DNA from: Saccostrea cucullata
Taxonomy: Eukaryota
NCBI RefSeq assembly: GCF_032062105.1
Contig: NW_026933211.1
Coordinates: forward strand, 1-56,885
Length of the DNA: 56,885 nucleotides
Direction of reading: 5' to 3'
In this document: positions 1 to 26,800 of the stretch, piece after piece
How the letters are laid out: each line of letters opens with the position of its first letter
Position numbering within the stretch: position 1 is the stretch's first letter
Translations under genes and position numbers: made by a program
The notes under the pieces: model-generated
Told to the model about the DNA's origin: nothing
The model's database searches: none
The model's input: the letters and a program-made list of their open reading frames with translations, nothing else

Positions 1-315
1 TCTAAGATACAATTTATATAATGAGCCTTACAAACGAAGACAATGTTGTTACCTGCTTTTTCAGCAGGGACCAGTACGTACTGATCATGTAATCTATCTA
101 ATTCTTTTTTCACTTCTGGATTATTGAATACAGAAGGATAGATGGTTTACATATTGCCCCTCAATCTTTTAATATGCGATTTTAACATGGACCTGATACA
201 TTTAATCCATTCTGACAAAGTGTCATTGTCTTCTTTTTCATACCTGGTCCGTCGTCTGGCGTAATCTTCAACAGAGTTCATAATATTTGTGAAATTCCGA
301 CGCCAGTCGAAAAAA
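1..315 (-). mobile_element. Penelope-like retroelement RT-region fragment (degraded)
   Basis: The minus strand translates to ..DWRRNFTNIMNSVEDYARR..EKEDNDTLSEWIKCIRS.. and, after a stop and frameshift, ..LDRLHDQYVLVPAEKAGNNIVFVCKAHYINCIL. The VPADK-x-NNIVFVCK-like motif is what I recall just upstream of the RT in Penelope-like elements. Confidence 0.6.
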
Positions 316-699
316 AGAAACTGCAGTTTTTGCGAACACAAAGTTGGTGTCTACGTGTGAAGTTATCTCGCAGCAAGAAAGCAATATCATCTGATGAGGA
401 AGTAGAGAAATCAGGTGTTTACACTGATCCAAAGTAGATGCCAGGTGAAAAGTCAGATGATAATGATAATGCAGGTTTAATGTCAAGTATAAATTTAGAT
501 GAGAATAATAATTCCAGTTTAATGCAAAGCAGAGAGCAGGATAATGATAGTGTATTATCAAATCTTGGTAGAAAACCCAATGATGATGGCAATTCACAGG
601 CATCTCCAAGTAGAAGGGCCATTTACCGAGGTGTAGAAAAAAGTTCAACGGTTATTACATGAGAAACTGATTAATTCGCCATCTACTGGCAGGGCATTA

Positions 700-2480
700 G
701 AAGAAAAAGGAAGAATAATGTCTACCAAGACCAAAAAGAAACTAGATTTAGCAGACATTTTGATTGAACATTTTTCAAGAAATATCACTCAAGTAAAGCT
801 ATATCATCTCTCAGAGCTTACCAAACTTTGCTGCATACAGTTGCTTCAGCAGCTATAGTTTGTAAGAAATATAGTATCCAATGCAAACTGGCATTATTTA
901 ATATTGATCGGAAAACTGGAAAAAAAGAGCTCTGAAAACTAAAACTAAGCATCAGCATTGGTGGAAACCAGACATAAGAAAAAAAGGAAGGATCGAGTAG
1001 ATGAATGTACACGTAGAAAAGTTCAGGACTTTTACTTATCTGGAGAAGTCAGTAGAGAAGTACCTAACAAAAAAGATGTCTGCATTAAGGTTGGTGGCAA
1101 AAACGATTTTTTCCAAAAACATGTAATGAGAATGACAACAAGTGATGCTTATATATATTGTTTAATTAAGTCTCAAAACGAAGACATCCACATTTAAATC
1201 ATTTAAACCAAAGAATGTGAGGCGAATATCGGAAACAAGTCGAAAAACTTGTTTATGTCAAATATGTTGTAACCTATACTTCTAAAAGTCGAAGTTCTGA
1301 AGTCTTTTATGAAGAAACATGACAATACTATTCAAGCTTTTGGAACAAAGGCAGACAAGACAACATTAACAGAGGAAACATTGTGCAAGGTTTCAGAAGG
1401 TGAACATCATAGAAATGATTGTCTGAAAAGATTGTGCAATAAATGTGTTACACACAAAATAAAAGAGTTTCTAAAACTCGTAGTAGCCCTTTGTTCCAAA
1501 GAGAATATCGCAATAGATTGGCATAAATGGGAGTATACAATGGTTGATAGGTGTGATAGCAATGGCAATTCAAAGAAACGAATTATGACATGTAAGCCTA
1601 AAACAATCACGTTCAGCTTGTTGAAGACCTTGAGGTTGCGCTGAAAGAATATCTTATTAATAAATTTTCCGTGCCAAATGGCAGCAAACACAGGATCACC
1701 TGAAACCAAACGAACTGATGATGGTTATGGATTTTTTCGAAAATTATAAATGCTCATTCCAGAATGAAGTCCAGAGTGCTTTCTTTGATTAAAATCTGGT
1801 AACAAGTCATCCCATCATGTGTTGCTATAGGCAGAAAGTAGAAAATATAGACCACCTTTTCTAACATTCAATTATTTGTATCTCTAATGACTTGAAACAT
1901 GACTAAACTTTAGTCAAAGTCTTTGAGGACCGAAGCTTAGCCATCATCGAGGAACAACAGAAATTGGACTCAATTTATCAGTGGACAGATGGATGCGCTG
2001 CTCAGTATAAGTGTAAGACTGCTTTTGGTTACCTCAGCAATAGGCAAGGAAATATTAGTCAAAACTATTACAGGATCAGTCGTGGAAAAATGTCTGTTCT
2101 AACTTGGGGCAGTGAAGAATAGATGTTATCGCAATGCTAACTGGCAAGATGATTGGTGATGCAACAGATCTGTTTAAACATTGCCAAGACACATTGGCTC
2201 ACAGTATAATGATATCTGAGAAGTAGAGGACAGTATCAATTAGACAGTTTGTATTTGTGGACAAGGACGAGTTAGACAGAAGTAATGTGCCAATAGTAGA
2301 AACTCTAATTATAACTAGGAAACTACAACAGGTAAGAAAAACGCAGACATCACTGAAAGTGGAAAGTAGGAATCTCTCTTGTTACTGCCAGGGATGTATT
2401 GGTAACTATCAATGCCAAAACAGTGAATATGTTGAGGAATGGACTGCGGCTGACCTGAAATGTATCCTTCCATTTCTGTC
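700..2480 (+). mobile_element. Degraded DDE transposase (Sola2-like), many stops and frameshifts
   Basis: Fragments include KVQDFYLSGEVSREVPNKKD, a TCLCQICCN Cys motif, VMDFFENYKCSFQNEVQSAFFD* (~1723-1792), CISNDLKHD, QWTDGCAAQYKCK (~1979-2017) and RNLSCYCQGC. The superfamily call rests on recalled motifs, not a search. Confidence 0.5.
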
Positions 2481-2574
2481 TTCAGTTACTGTTAATGAAT
2501 GTCTAAACATAAAAAATAATATGTTAAAAACAATTAATGAGTTTAATTTCTTACTCATTTTTCGACGTTAGTTT

Positions 2575-3350
2575 TATTATGCAAAACAGTCTCGTTTAAA
2601 GTAAGGGCTGGGTATTGGCCCGAGATTCCGTATTGCGATATATTGCGATATTTTAAACTGTATTGCGATATGTATTGCAATATTTTCAATGTCATAAAAA
2701 TGGCATTTTCCTACTATATTTACATTGATTTACATGCAGAATGTACAATACATAACATGATATTAAGTAACCAACACGGAAAAAATTTCTTATTGATTTC
2801 ATTTAAGTTATGCTCTGAAATGTTCTCACAAAACAACTTCTGACTTACTGTTTGACTTAATAACAAACTTTCATAAGTTCATTTTTATATTTAATGACAA
2901 AATTCTTTAATGTAAGCATATTGCCAATATATCGATATTACAAAATCGTATTGCGATACAATATTTTTTGCCATTGTATTGCAATATATTGAAATATCGA
3001 TATTATTGCACAGCCCTATTTAAAGTCATCATTTCGTAAGGTCTATGGTCGATACAATGACCTTGTCAACAAATACAATTTATTATTGAGTCAAATGCTG
3101 ACTGACGTTTTTCATACTAATTGTTAGTCCATTATTTATACGCTGAATTGACAACGGATTTTCCCGTACTTCCCGATCATGACAAGGAGCACACGGCGGG
3201 TGTGACCGGTCGGCAGGGGATGCTCACTCCTCCATGGCACCTGATCCCGCCTCTGACTGATGTTTTGGAAGTCCGTGTTTGCTCTGCACCTATTTTGTAT
3301 TGTTTTATGGACTTTGATACTGAATACTGTTCGATATCTCCATATCCTTC
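2575..3350 (+). mobile_element. 3' fragment of a Penelope-like retroelement interrupted by the hAT MITE
   Basis: Removing the MITE and one TSD restores KQSRLKSSFRKVYGRYNDLVNKYNLLLSQMLTDVFHTNC*. This is followed by GGCGGGTGTGACCGGTCGGCAGGGGATGCTCACTCCTCC, a repeat I recognise as common in oyster DNA. Confidence 0.5.
2603..3018. mobile_element. hAT-type MITE with 8-bp TSD
   Basis: Ends are AAGGGCTG..CAGCCCTA. An exact 8-bp direct repeat TTTAAAGT lies at 2595-2602 and 3019-3026. There are subterminal ATTGCGATA/ATCGATA repeats. Confidence 0.8.
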
Positions 3351-4864
3351 ATTTTCGGAAATTTATATAAAACATTCATTTAAACATTTTCTTGACGCAA
3401 TAATAGCAAAGTTGCTCAAACCCAAGGCGTCAGAATGTGGACAATCAACAAGTTCTAGTCGAAGAAAACAGAGACGGGCTCGCATGAATTAACATAAACT
3501 CACATAAAGTATATCCTTATTGTATATTAGTTGGTTGTTTTTTTATGTCCCTGATTTTGGGATGCAATTAATTTATCATGGTGGATTATAAATTTAGATC
3601 TGTACTCATTTCGCAGTGGGAATTTTTTGAACCGACATTATATTTGTTAGGATCCACTCCTTACTGAGCGACTTTAGTGCAAAGGAGACTGTTTTATCTA
3701 CTGCATCAGGTGGGTGACTATATACTTGAGTTGTTCATTACACAAACAAATGGTAAAGAAATAGCTGTAAAAAATTATATATATAATATAATGTGTCCCA
3801 CCCCAAATCATGTCAAAAATTTGCTGAAAGTTCATGATTGTTAATTTTTAATCATAAGTTCGGCCATCAACAATATATGCTACATTTAGTCGTTAACATT
3901 TGACAATGAAAAGACATTAGAAAATTAATGTTTATGTATAAATTTTGAAACTGTTTGGGTTGAATACAAATACAAAGTAAATAAAAAATATTGGTCAAAA
4001 TCTAATCCTATAATTAATTTTTTTCCAAGATGATAACCATAAAAATAGAGACACATGAAACAGTATAGTCCGTAGCCCTATTGCATACACAGAATTTATC
4101 CTTGTTGGAAGTTAAATTGAAGTTTATTCTTGGTCGAAAACTATATTTTTCTTTTAGAACACCGATAAAATGTAAGTCTGACATACATTAAAAAGTTTTT
4201 GTTAAACTTGTATTGTGAATTTTGAATATTTACGTTTTTGTTTCATTTCTTGAATTTAAAAACAACACAGTTGCATAAATAGGATTTTATATGCAGATGA
4301 AATTGTTCAATAAATATTAAATGACTCTTAGAATATCATTTTAACAATTATGTACTTTTACAAGCAGTAATATACTTATGTTATATCATTTAAGGAAACA
4401 TATCAGTATTATCAGATGTATAGTCCATAGCCCCTCTTTTTCAAAATTGTCTATCAAAAAATATCTGAAAAAATCTTCCGTCTAATGCTATCAAATTTTG
4501 AAATTTCCATCTCTGTATGTATTGTTTTAAGAAAATTGAAAGCACTTAACTCTATTTCACCTCGATAATTTAAATATTAAACGTAGAATACTTTAACAGT
4601 TTTTGCATTTTATCTTTGTTCTTTGCATACTGCGTCATTTGAACTTACATGAGTTACTATAACGATATTTGTTTTCTTTATTAGTTTAAACCAAATAGTT
4701 TGAAGAGTTTATACTTGAATTATGTATTTCTTAATTCAATTTATTAAATTTATATGTTATGCTTGTATATGTATAGTCCGTAGCCTGCTTTGAAAGGTAT
4801 TACATCAAGACTGAAATTTTTACAACTCCTTGACAGAAATAGACAGAAATTTCAGGTTATTTGC

Positions 4865-5348
4865 TAGCTGCAGAACTGTAGCTCTTCGAAAAAAAATATA
4901 TTGACAGACCGGAGAGCTACAATGCCACCCATTGAAAAAACTATATTTACTGCGAAAAAGTGCGCTGTTTCTCCATTTATTTCTCCATGTGTTCAAACTG
5001 TCATCTCAGAATAATACAAACCGTGTATTCCTAACATATTCTTTCACTGTTCCCACAACAAATCATTCCTTATAATTTTTGTTAATATCCATCCTTGAGC
5101 TGAAATTGAGAACGTTGAAAATTTCGTCTATTTATACTGCCATTTTGGTACAGATATCAACTACGAGAGAACTTGATAGAGGAGCAAGGAATGTTTTTAA
5201 ATCTAGCCTTTTTGCAGTTGAGGTTAGAATTTGGAAGAATTAATCCAGAATAGAGCGCATTTAAATATACAGTTTTTTCAATGGGTGGCACTGCAGCTCT
5301 CCGGTCTGTCAATATTTTTTTTTTTCAGAGAGCTACAGTTCTGAGCTA
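4865..5348. mobile_element. Mutator-like (MULE) MITE, ~80-bp TIRs, 9-bp TSD
   Basis: TIR TAGCTGCAGAACTGTAGCTCT..GACAGACCGGAGAGC..GCCACCCATTGAAAAAACT, with its reverse complement at the right end. GTTATTTGC is duplicated at 4856-4864 and 5349-5357. Confidence 0.85.
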
Positions 5349-6379
5349 GTTATTTGCCAAAAGGCTGTACTTTGACATAGAATACATTTTTTTTTTATAT
5401 AATTCATTCAGCTTCATTTTTTTCCATCAATCTGCAAAAAATATGGGCACCAGATCTCGGCCAAGCTGATGATAAAAAAATTAAATACAATGTATTTGTA
5501 GAATACTGCTTGTTGCGTTTCTTTTGCGCATCAGTATATGAAGAAACGTATTTTAATAAAGTTATTTCTTAACTCAAACATAATTAAGTTTTTTTTTCAC
5601 ACTGTGCAAAAATATTTTACGGATTACCACTAAGATATGTACGCATATAAATTGTATTCATGTACTTTTATTTATCTTGCATTTTTCATATGATCTTAAT
5701 TAAATTCTTTTTAAGAGATAAATATTATGAAATGATCGTATGTTTTTGTTATGTCTTACAAAGATAAAAAAATTTGGTACGTCAGTTTTGTCATAAAAAA
5801 GCACGTGATACCATCAGATCTTGGTCGGCACACCTGTTACGAAATGATTACCATGATTTGTCAATAACTATCTGCCTTGACCTTCACACTTACCTACTGA
5901 CAAATACTACAAAGCATTAAAAACTCGGATTTAATTTCATAAACAGAGTGTTAATAAGAAATATCAATTACATCATGGATCACAACATGCATTCCCTGTT
6001 AGAGTACCGTATTGTGTTTTTAGTTCTTATAATCGTGTTGATGGCTTCCCACAGTATAGTGAATTCCATATCGTGTGGCAGGATCACACGGCTAACCTAC
6101 ATGTACTTGTAGATGAAAAGAGAGCAGTATGCGTGAATCTTTCTTTTCCATCCTCTATACCCCCTCTACACGGGGTATATTTATTACCACTACATTTTCA
6201 AAATTATCATTGCATGTTCATACCGCTACACAAAGTACAATTACCGCAACATTACAGCTACATTGTCTCTTTCGTTAGCCAGCGACTAATCCATGTACGG
6301 ATTGATATTAAGTACAATTCAAAATGTAGTGGAAATGAATTGTAATCACCAATTGCCTTATTGATAAAATTTAGCGGTA

Positions 6380-8230
6380 ATCACTTTTCCAATCCCTAAA
6401 TTCTTTTTCCCTAGAACTTTAATGTTGGCTGTTGTCATTTCCAACTTTCCAACTCCCATTCCATCTATGCAAAGACCACTGTCTTTCAATGCTATGTACA
6501 GAACCAACTGATGGTGCCAAAGATGAAGACATATGCAGATGCTTTTTATAAAGCAACAAATTTACAAAACACCACAGCACGATGTCCTTTTCGAAATGGG
6601 AGACCAAAATACAAAAGTTGGAAATGACAACAGCCAACATAAAAGATCTATGGGAAATGAATTTTGGGATTGGAACAGTTAAATGGAATTTTGGAAAAAA
6701 CTGGCAAATCCATGCTCCACGAATGGAGCTGTCATTGGAGTAGCCATCTGTAAACATGTAGAAAGTCCGTAAAATAAACCTCACCAGTCCACTGTGATGA
6801 AAACCAAGTTGATCATATGATCATTAATAAGAAATGGAGAAGATCACTAGAAACCAGATCATAGAGACAGACATGAATAGTGATCACCTATGTCATTGCT
6901 TAACTGAGACTGAAACTGATGAAATCATATCAAAGAGAAGGTTAACAATACTACGCGGCTGATTGAGCGTGATGTTCAAAGAAAATTCTGTATGGAACTG
7001 AGAAACCGATTTAGAATGTTATAAAACCTGGAATAAAAGCTCTTTAGAAAGTCACTGACAAAACATCAAACAGGTCTCCCAGCAAAATGCTGAAAAACTT
7101 GGATACGGAAACCAGACTATAGTGGTTGTTTCAATCACCTGAAACACCAAAGAAGCAAGCACAAAGCTAAATCTGTATAAAAGAGAGAGAGAAACTTTAA
7201 AAAATTATATAAAATACAGAAAGACAAAGAAATAAAGAAATTAGCCAGAGGTAACAAACGTAATTTTTTTCAATCAATTTGCTGACGACACAGCAAATGA
7301 TGCCCAAAGAGAATCATCAGATTTTCCAGAGTAAAGGACACTTTTTTTATAATCACCAAGGAATTGAGCGATAAAACGAACATAATACGGTATGGAACAA
7401 CAGAATGACGAAAAGATTGTATTAACACCGACCTACCAACAAAAGAAGGAATAGAAAAATTCTTGAAATTAAGGAAAAGCAACAGGCCTAGAGATAGGAT
7501 TCAAGCAACCTTTTAAAGGGCAATTTGACCATGGTCAAAGATCTAATTTCAAAACTACCCAATAAAGGAGGTCTCGGAAATTGTGATGGAGAGGAATAAC
7601 TCTGCTTTCCATCCCAAGGGAAGTCCTCTGCAGATTCCTTCTCAAAAGAATGGACATTTACAAAATTACAAATGTCTTAAAACAAGAACAGGCAGGATAT
7701 AGGCCTAGAAAAGGGAAAGGCTACATTGACCAAATATTCACTCTGAAAAACACCACAGAGGTATCAATTGAATGGAAAACACCGCTTTATGTAATATAAA
7801 CTACTGAGTATATACACAAGAAAGCCTTTGATAGTATTTATAGAGACACACTTTGGAAAATTTTAAAAGCATGCGGAGTGCCAGATAAAAATCATAAACC
7901 TCGTCAAGTGCTTCTCTACACAGTTTGAATGTTCAGTCATAAACTCAATGACACAGATACAGGCTGTTTTACAGTCAACTTTGGAGCCAGACAGGAATGG
8001 AACATTTCTCCCATCGTATTCTTATCATCGACTGGGTAATGAATAAAACAACAGGTGATTGTAAACAAGGTATAACATGGTCCATTTTCTCCATCTTAGA
8101 GGACCTTGGCCTTGCTGATGATACTGGTATCCTCTTCTGTCATCTCAATAAGATCTTGTGCAAGTAAAATAGTAAAGTGTCAGTCAAAGTGGTGTGCAAC
8201 TTAAACCAAGAAAACTGAAGTTCAACACAT
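6380..8230 (+). mobile_element. Degraded LINE (APE + RT, RTE-like)
   Basis: Frameshifted remnants: NQVDHMIINKKWRRSL..MNSDH (endonuclease C-terminus), EQAGYRP..IDQIFTL, KKAFDSIYRDTLWKILKACGVP and LEDLGLADD (RT motifs). Confidence 0.75.
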
Positions 8231-8237
8231 CTTACCC

Positions 8238-9680
8238 CATGTTGACATAATTATCTTGCATGTTGACATAAGTAAGTTGCATGTCTACATAATTATTCTG
8301 CATCTTGCATCTAAGATGTAAGATATGGCCATCAGTAAGTTAATTTAACCATATTTAAATTATATTTTCTTATAAGATTGGTAACTTGCATGTGAAAATA
8401 AATAATTTGCATGTTGCATGTCTACATACGAGGGGTGTTAGAAAAGTTCGCGGACAAGTTCAATTGTGAGCGCGCTATTTCCACGAAACCGGTCAAACTT
8501 TCCAGATAAAATCTTTGCCTTTTTTCCAATAAATATACAAGAATTTGTTGCTCTTCGGTGATTATTGAAAAATATACAGCTTTTTTATTTTGATAAAACT
8601 TGCTTCACGGAGCATGCTACATTTTGGTACGTTTACATCACAAAGACTTTATTAAAATTAGAAATTGCACAATTGTAGCGCAAAGAGATTTATGATATTT
8701 TACCTGCCGCTAAAGTATTCATAAAACGTCACTGGGAGAAATTTTGAACTAAATTGGAGGGTATATGGCTGTTTTATAGCCGTTTATAAATGATCAACGC
8801 TTAAAAACACAGCCAAAAATCGGAACATCATTGAGCGTCATGGAGCACTGCAATAAGTAAAAATTGTGTTTGCAGACTGGAAAATGTCTAAAAAGATATT
8901 GAAATGTTCAAGATGTTGCAGGGAATTTCCTATACTTACAAAGGACAAGTTTTCAAATGGTTGTGGCTTCATAAGAATGGAAGAATTGACATTTTGAATG
9001 ATTAACTCCAGCGATACTTCAATACCCCCGTATCGCATGAACGTTGCGTTGCGCCTATATGGTTTTGCATAGTTTCCATACTTGATCGATTAACTGATTA
9101 ACTGCAGAGATTTTTTTTTAAGATCTCAATAATATCCGAATCAGTGCAAAAGACATTATAGAAGAAAAGTAACATGTCTTGATGTAGATATTCAATTTTA
9201 AAGTAGAAAAAAGATAAGAAAAATCTGAAGATTTATAGAACTGCGACAAAGCATAACGGGTTGAAATCTGGTTGTCCCGTCGCCTTACGTCAAGCGATTG
9301 CTCCGTGAATCCCATGACCTCATAGTAAAAATCGTTGTAAATTTTCAAGATTTTATTATATGGACCTGATTTTTTTACCTACCAATAAAAAAAATGTAGG
9401 AATTTATTCCGACATAGATCATACTCAACAGTACACCATAGATTTTCCGTAATTCAATGTGTCCGTGAACTTTTCTAACGACCCTCGTAGTTATGTGGCA
9501 TGTTAACATAACTTATCTTACATGTAGGGGGCAGAAATGTGGCACCACAGATTAGTAACTTGCATGTCCACATAATTTACTAGCATGTTGACATAAATAT
9601 GTTGCATGTCTGCATAATTTATGTTGCATGCTAACATTATTTATCTTGCATGTAGGGGACAGAAATATGCCACCATATAC
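8238..9680. repeat. ~21-bp CATGTTGACATAATTATCTTG-type degenerate tandem repeat, split by a mariner-like insertion
   Basis: Units occur at 8238-8428 and 9490-9680. Blocks end in CATGTAGGGG(G/A)CAGAAAT..CACCA. Confidence 0.6.
8429..9487. mobile_element. Non-autonomous Tc1/mariner element
   Basis: TIRs CGAGGGGTGTTAGAAAAGTTCGCGGACA / TGTCCGTGAACTTTTCTAACGACCCTCG, flanked by TA on both sides. No transposase ORF. Confidence 0.8.
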
Positions 9681-10075
9681 ATGTACATGCTTCAAATAAT
9701 TCCATATATTGATTTCATTCATTCCAAAATATACATGTATTTTATTAAAGAGTAACTCTGGACATTCATCTGGTTACCACACACATTTATAACCTCTAAT
9801 GAAAAGGCAAAAAGTGAAAAGCAAGTACATGTACTTATTTTTTTTAAATCTACATGAGCATTCACTCATTTCAAAAACTATCTGCTATCAACCATACATG
9901 TACTGTGTGTCTCGTTTAATTAGTTAAAACACTGAAACTTTAATGGGAGAAGAATATTAAACTGCTATGAGCAAACACAAATTAAAGTAGACCAGTTGTC
10001 AAACATTTATTTGCCGATAGAGAATTTACCACACTGATGAATGAAGTCACATGAACACTGGATGTTTCACATTGT

Positions 10076-23509
<13,434 letters not shown>

Positions 23510-23851
23510 TGTCTAAAAAATAAATACCAGAGTCTGAAAGTGAAAAAATGTTAACTCACTACAGAACTCTTTTGTACTGAAGATAGAAATGGCATAATGC
23601 AAGATAAATCGTTTTCTTTTTATTCTATTTTAAATTTTTCGTTCAAATTGGTCAATCAATAATTATCTGGCATTTTTATGTTTTATTAATCTTGAAATGA
23701 AAATGATATAATAATTTCTATCAAATTAGATACTTAAAACTAAACTTTTTTGTTGAATTTTATGTACGAGCTATCTAAGATATTTTACGCCATTTTGAAA
23801 GTTTCCAATGTAAACAAGAACAAGGTTGCTTGTGTTTTTTCAAACCTTAAC
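23510..23851. promoter_or_regulatory. Putative bidirectional promoter between PSMC2 and the UBL-TM-ARM gene
   Basis: The divergent ATGs are separated by only 342 bp. A YY1-like CGCCATTTT motif lies at ~23788-23796. Confidence 0.55.
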
Positions 23852-26800
23852 ATGTTAATTTACATCGAAAGTAAAGCTTTTCCGGTGAGTTTTTCTCAAA
23901 TACATAATATAGACAAGGAAATTATATTTTACTGCTTTCATTACCCTCTCATTTTGATATGATTTTGTCTGAAGTTTTTTTCCCACAAAATACAATTGAC
24001 TGATTATGAAAACTGTCTATTGGGTAGTTATTCATCAGGTCCAGCACAATCTCTTGATTAAGCTATATAGCTTTAAAAAGCTATATAGCTTTATTAAGCT
24101 ATTCAAAATAGCTTGATAAAGCTATTTATATGCAGTTTTTCACAAAAACGTTTTTTGCAAGAAATAAACAAAAAGTCTCAAATATTTGACTATTCATATA
24201 TGTGTACTATGGAGTATTAAAAATACAACCTAAATCATAGAAATTTCTAACAGTGCTGCTGTTAAATACTTGCAAAATACGAATTTCCATTGTTTGATTA
24301 ATAACTATCAACTACTTTGGGTGCTGTGAGGCGTGGATAAGTATGATTGCTTCTCATTGTGCTGAACTGTGTTGGCCATAACTGGCCTCCTTTATAATTT
24401 CATTCAAGAAATAACTTTGTGGTCAATCATCAATAGCCCCAAAACTTTTAAAACTTTGAGTACAAGGTCTCTCAAGGAGACGCAATTTGGTGAGTGATTT
24501 TTACATACATTGTATTCAGAAAAGTACAAAGTTTAATTTTTCCACTGCACCAAGGTGCGACTTTTTGCACATGTTGAAAAAATAACACATCTGAGAAAAA
24601 AGTCTGAGCAAATAGCTTAATCAAGCTATTCTGAATAGCTAAATAAAGCTATATAGCTAAATCAAGCTATATAGCTTAATCAAGAGATTGTGCCGGACCT
24701 GTTCATTGCATTATCTCCTACTTTTCTTGTGTAGTCACGTATGTTTATATCTATTGATTTTGTTTCAGTTCAGAATGTATTATATATACAGGTATAGGTA
24801 TATTAAACATGTTAAACATAAAAATTCTTAATCATAATACATCATAATTTTTTTCAGCACCGAACATTTGTTGTTGTTGTAAATTTCAATGACAAGATTG
24901 CTCGGATCCGAGCCCGCATGCTGCACAAGTTATTTGAGATTGGCTACCCAGATCACCAGTTCAGACTTCGCTACAAGGGGCAGTACCTCAGGGATGCCTT
25001 TCTTATCAGAGATTATGATATTGTTGACAACTCTGTGATTAAGATGATTCCTTTGTCAAAGAAATCTGGTGTATGAATTTTATATTCTTTCCTCATAAAT
25101 CAAATGAAAATAAAAGAAGAAATGTTTTTCTCAAGTAGTTAATATCATGTAAATTACATTATACATATGTACCAGTCATAATACAGAGTATTTGTTTATT
25201 GAGAACTAACAAACAAAAATTTTATATCTACACTCTTCTCCATGGCATGCATCTCAATTGTAAAGAAAAATAGTACCTGTATAACATTGGGTTTTCTTTT
25301 TCAATGAATGAATGTGGCAGTCTGTGCTCATAGATAAGAGTTGAAACTACAATATGTAATTCAATATTCTATTTCTATAGAGAAATATGAACTAAATACT
25401 TATACCATGTTCCATTATTTCAGTCCATGTCTGACCTACTGTCGGTGGCGGGATCCTCCACAGTAAACCTGGATCTGAACGCTAACGAAACGACTGACAT
25501 CAAGGCCCCATTGTACAAGGAAATCAAAGCATTCACACTGAGAGAGAAACTACTGAAAGACTTCAATGTATATATATATAACTTAATTTACAAACTGTAT
25601 TATAGCTAAGTCTCTGGTGATGAATACTTTTGTTATGCAAAGCACAATCTGATTAAAATCAGATTCTCCATCCGCTCCTTTGTTTTTTTATTGTCACTAC
25701 CTCATGTAGCGACAATAAAAAAACAAAGGAGCGGATCGAGGATCTGATTTTGATCAGATTGATGCAAAGCAGCTATGATAACACACTGTCTGTAAGCAGT
25801 TTCATTTATGCTAAAATTTTGAGCAGCAGTAATGCATAAAATTCTATGAATGAAGATTATGGGCAGTCTTCTGTATAACTTGTTATTGTATGAGCTATTG
25901 TTGACTCTTTATCTTGTGTTTCAGGGCCTGTTGTACATGCACTTCCTGACCACCTGTCTGACCCTGGTAACGACCTTTTACTACTCTTTTCTCTGGACCT
26001 TCCCAGTTTTTATTTTTGCCGTTTTGTTCCGTCCCCAGTACACAAGAGTTGGAGGATATGTTGGAAATAACACTCATTTGTAAGTCACTAAGAAGTATTT
26101 GTCTGAAAGTCAGATTTGTATATGCTAAGGTCACCTTTTAAAATTGTTTGTTTGCCCTTTCTCTGCTTACTGGCTATAAAAAGTGGCTCTACTAAAAACT
26201 TTTTTAAACCACCAGAAAAGGATAATTTTTCTCTTTCATTCTAAGACTTGTATTTTCTCATCCCATCAACATGTATATAATTATACTGACCCAATTTTTT
26301 AACCCTGAGTTGGAACAGGCAGCAAACATAAGATTAGAGATCTAATAAAATAGAATTTATTTCCAATTAAAGTGAATAAAAGCAAATCACACGTTATTTG
26401 ATAAAGTCTACCACAAACATGGCAGTGGTTAATGCCTCTGATAGTTTTGTTGTGTGTTAATTAGAAAATACACATATTAAATAAATAAATATTCAAAAAG
26501 AAGTTTGATTAATTAACATATAAAAGGATAGTTATAATCACCATTCACCATTGTTAATGAATTTGTTCACAGGAGATTTATTTTCTGTGTGGCATACTTC
26601 TTGATCACTACTGATTTCTTTGTTTACAGAAGAATTATTTTCAATATTGCATACTTCTTGACCTTACACTATAATACTTTGTTTACAGGAGATTTATTTT
26701 CTGTATTGCGTACTTCTTGGCTTCTCTGGGGACACTAGGAGCAGCTATTTACATGTCTGCCACTTCCTGGATGGTGATTGTGGTAAGTTTTTCATCTTAT

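Noticed and set aside
3180-3300. Hammerhead ribozyme in the Penelope-like 3' region
   Set aside because: I could not find an intact CTGATGA..GAAA core with supporting stems.
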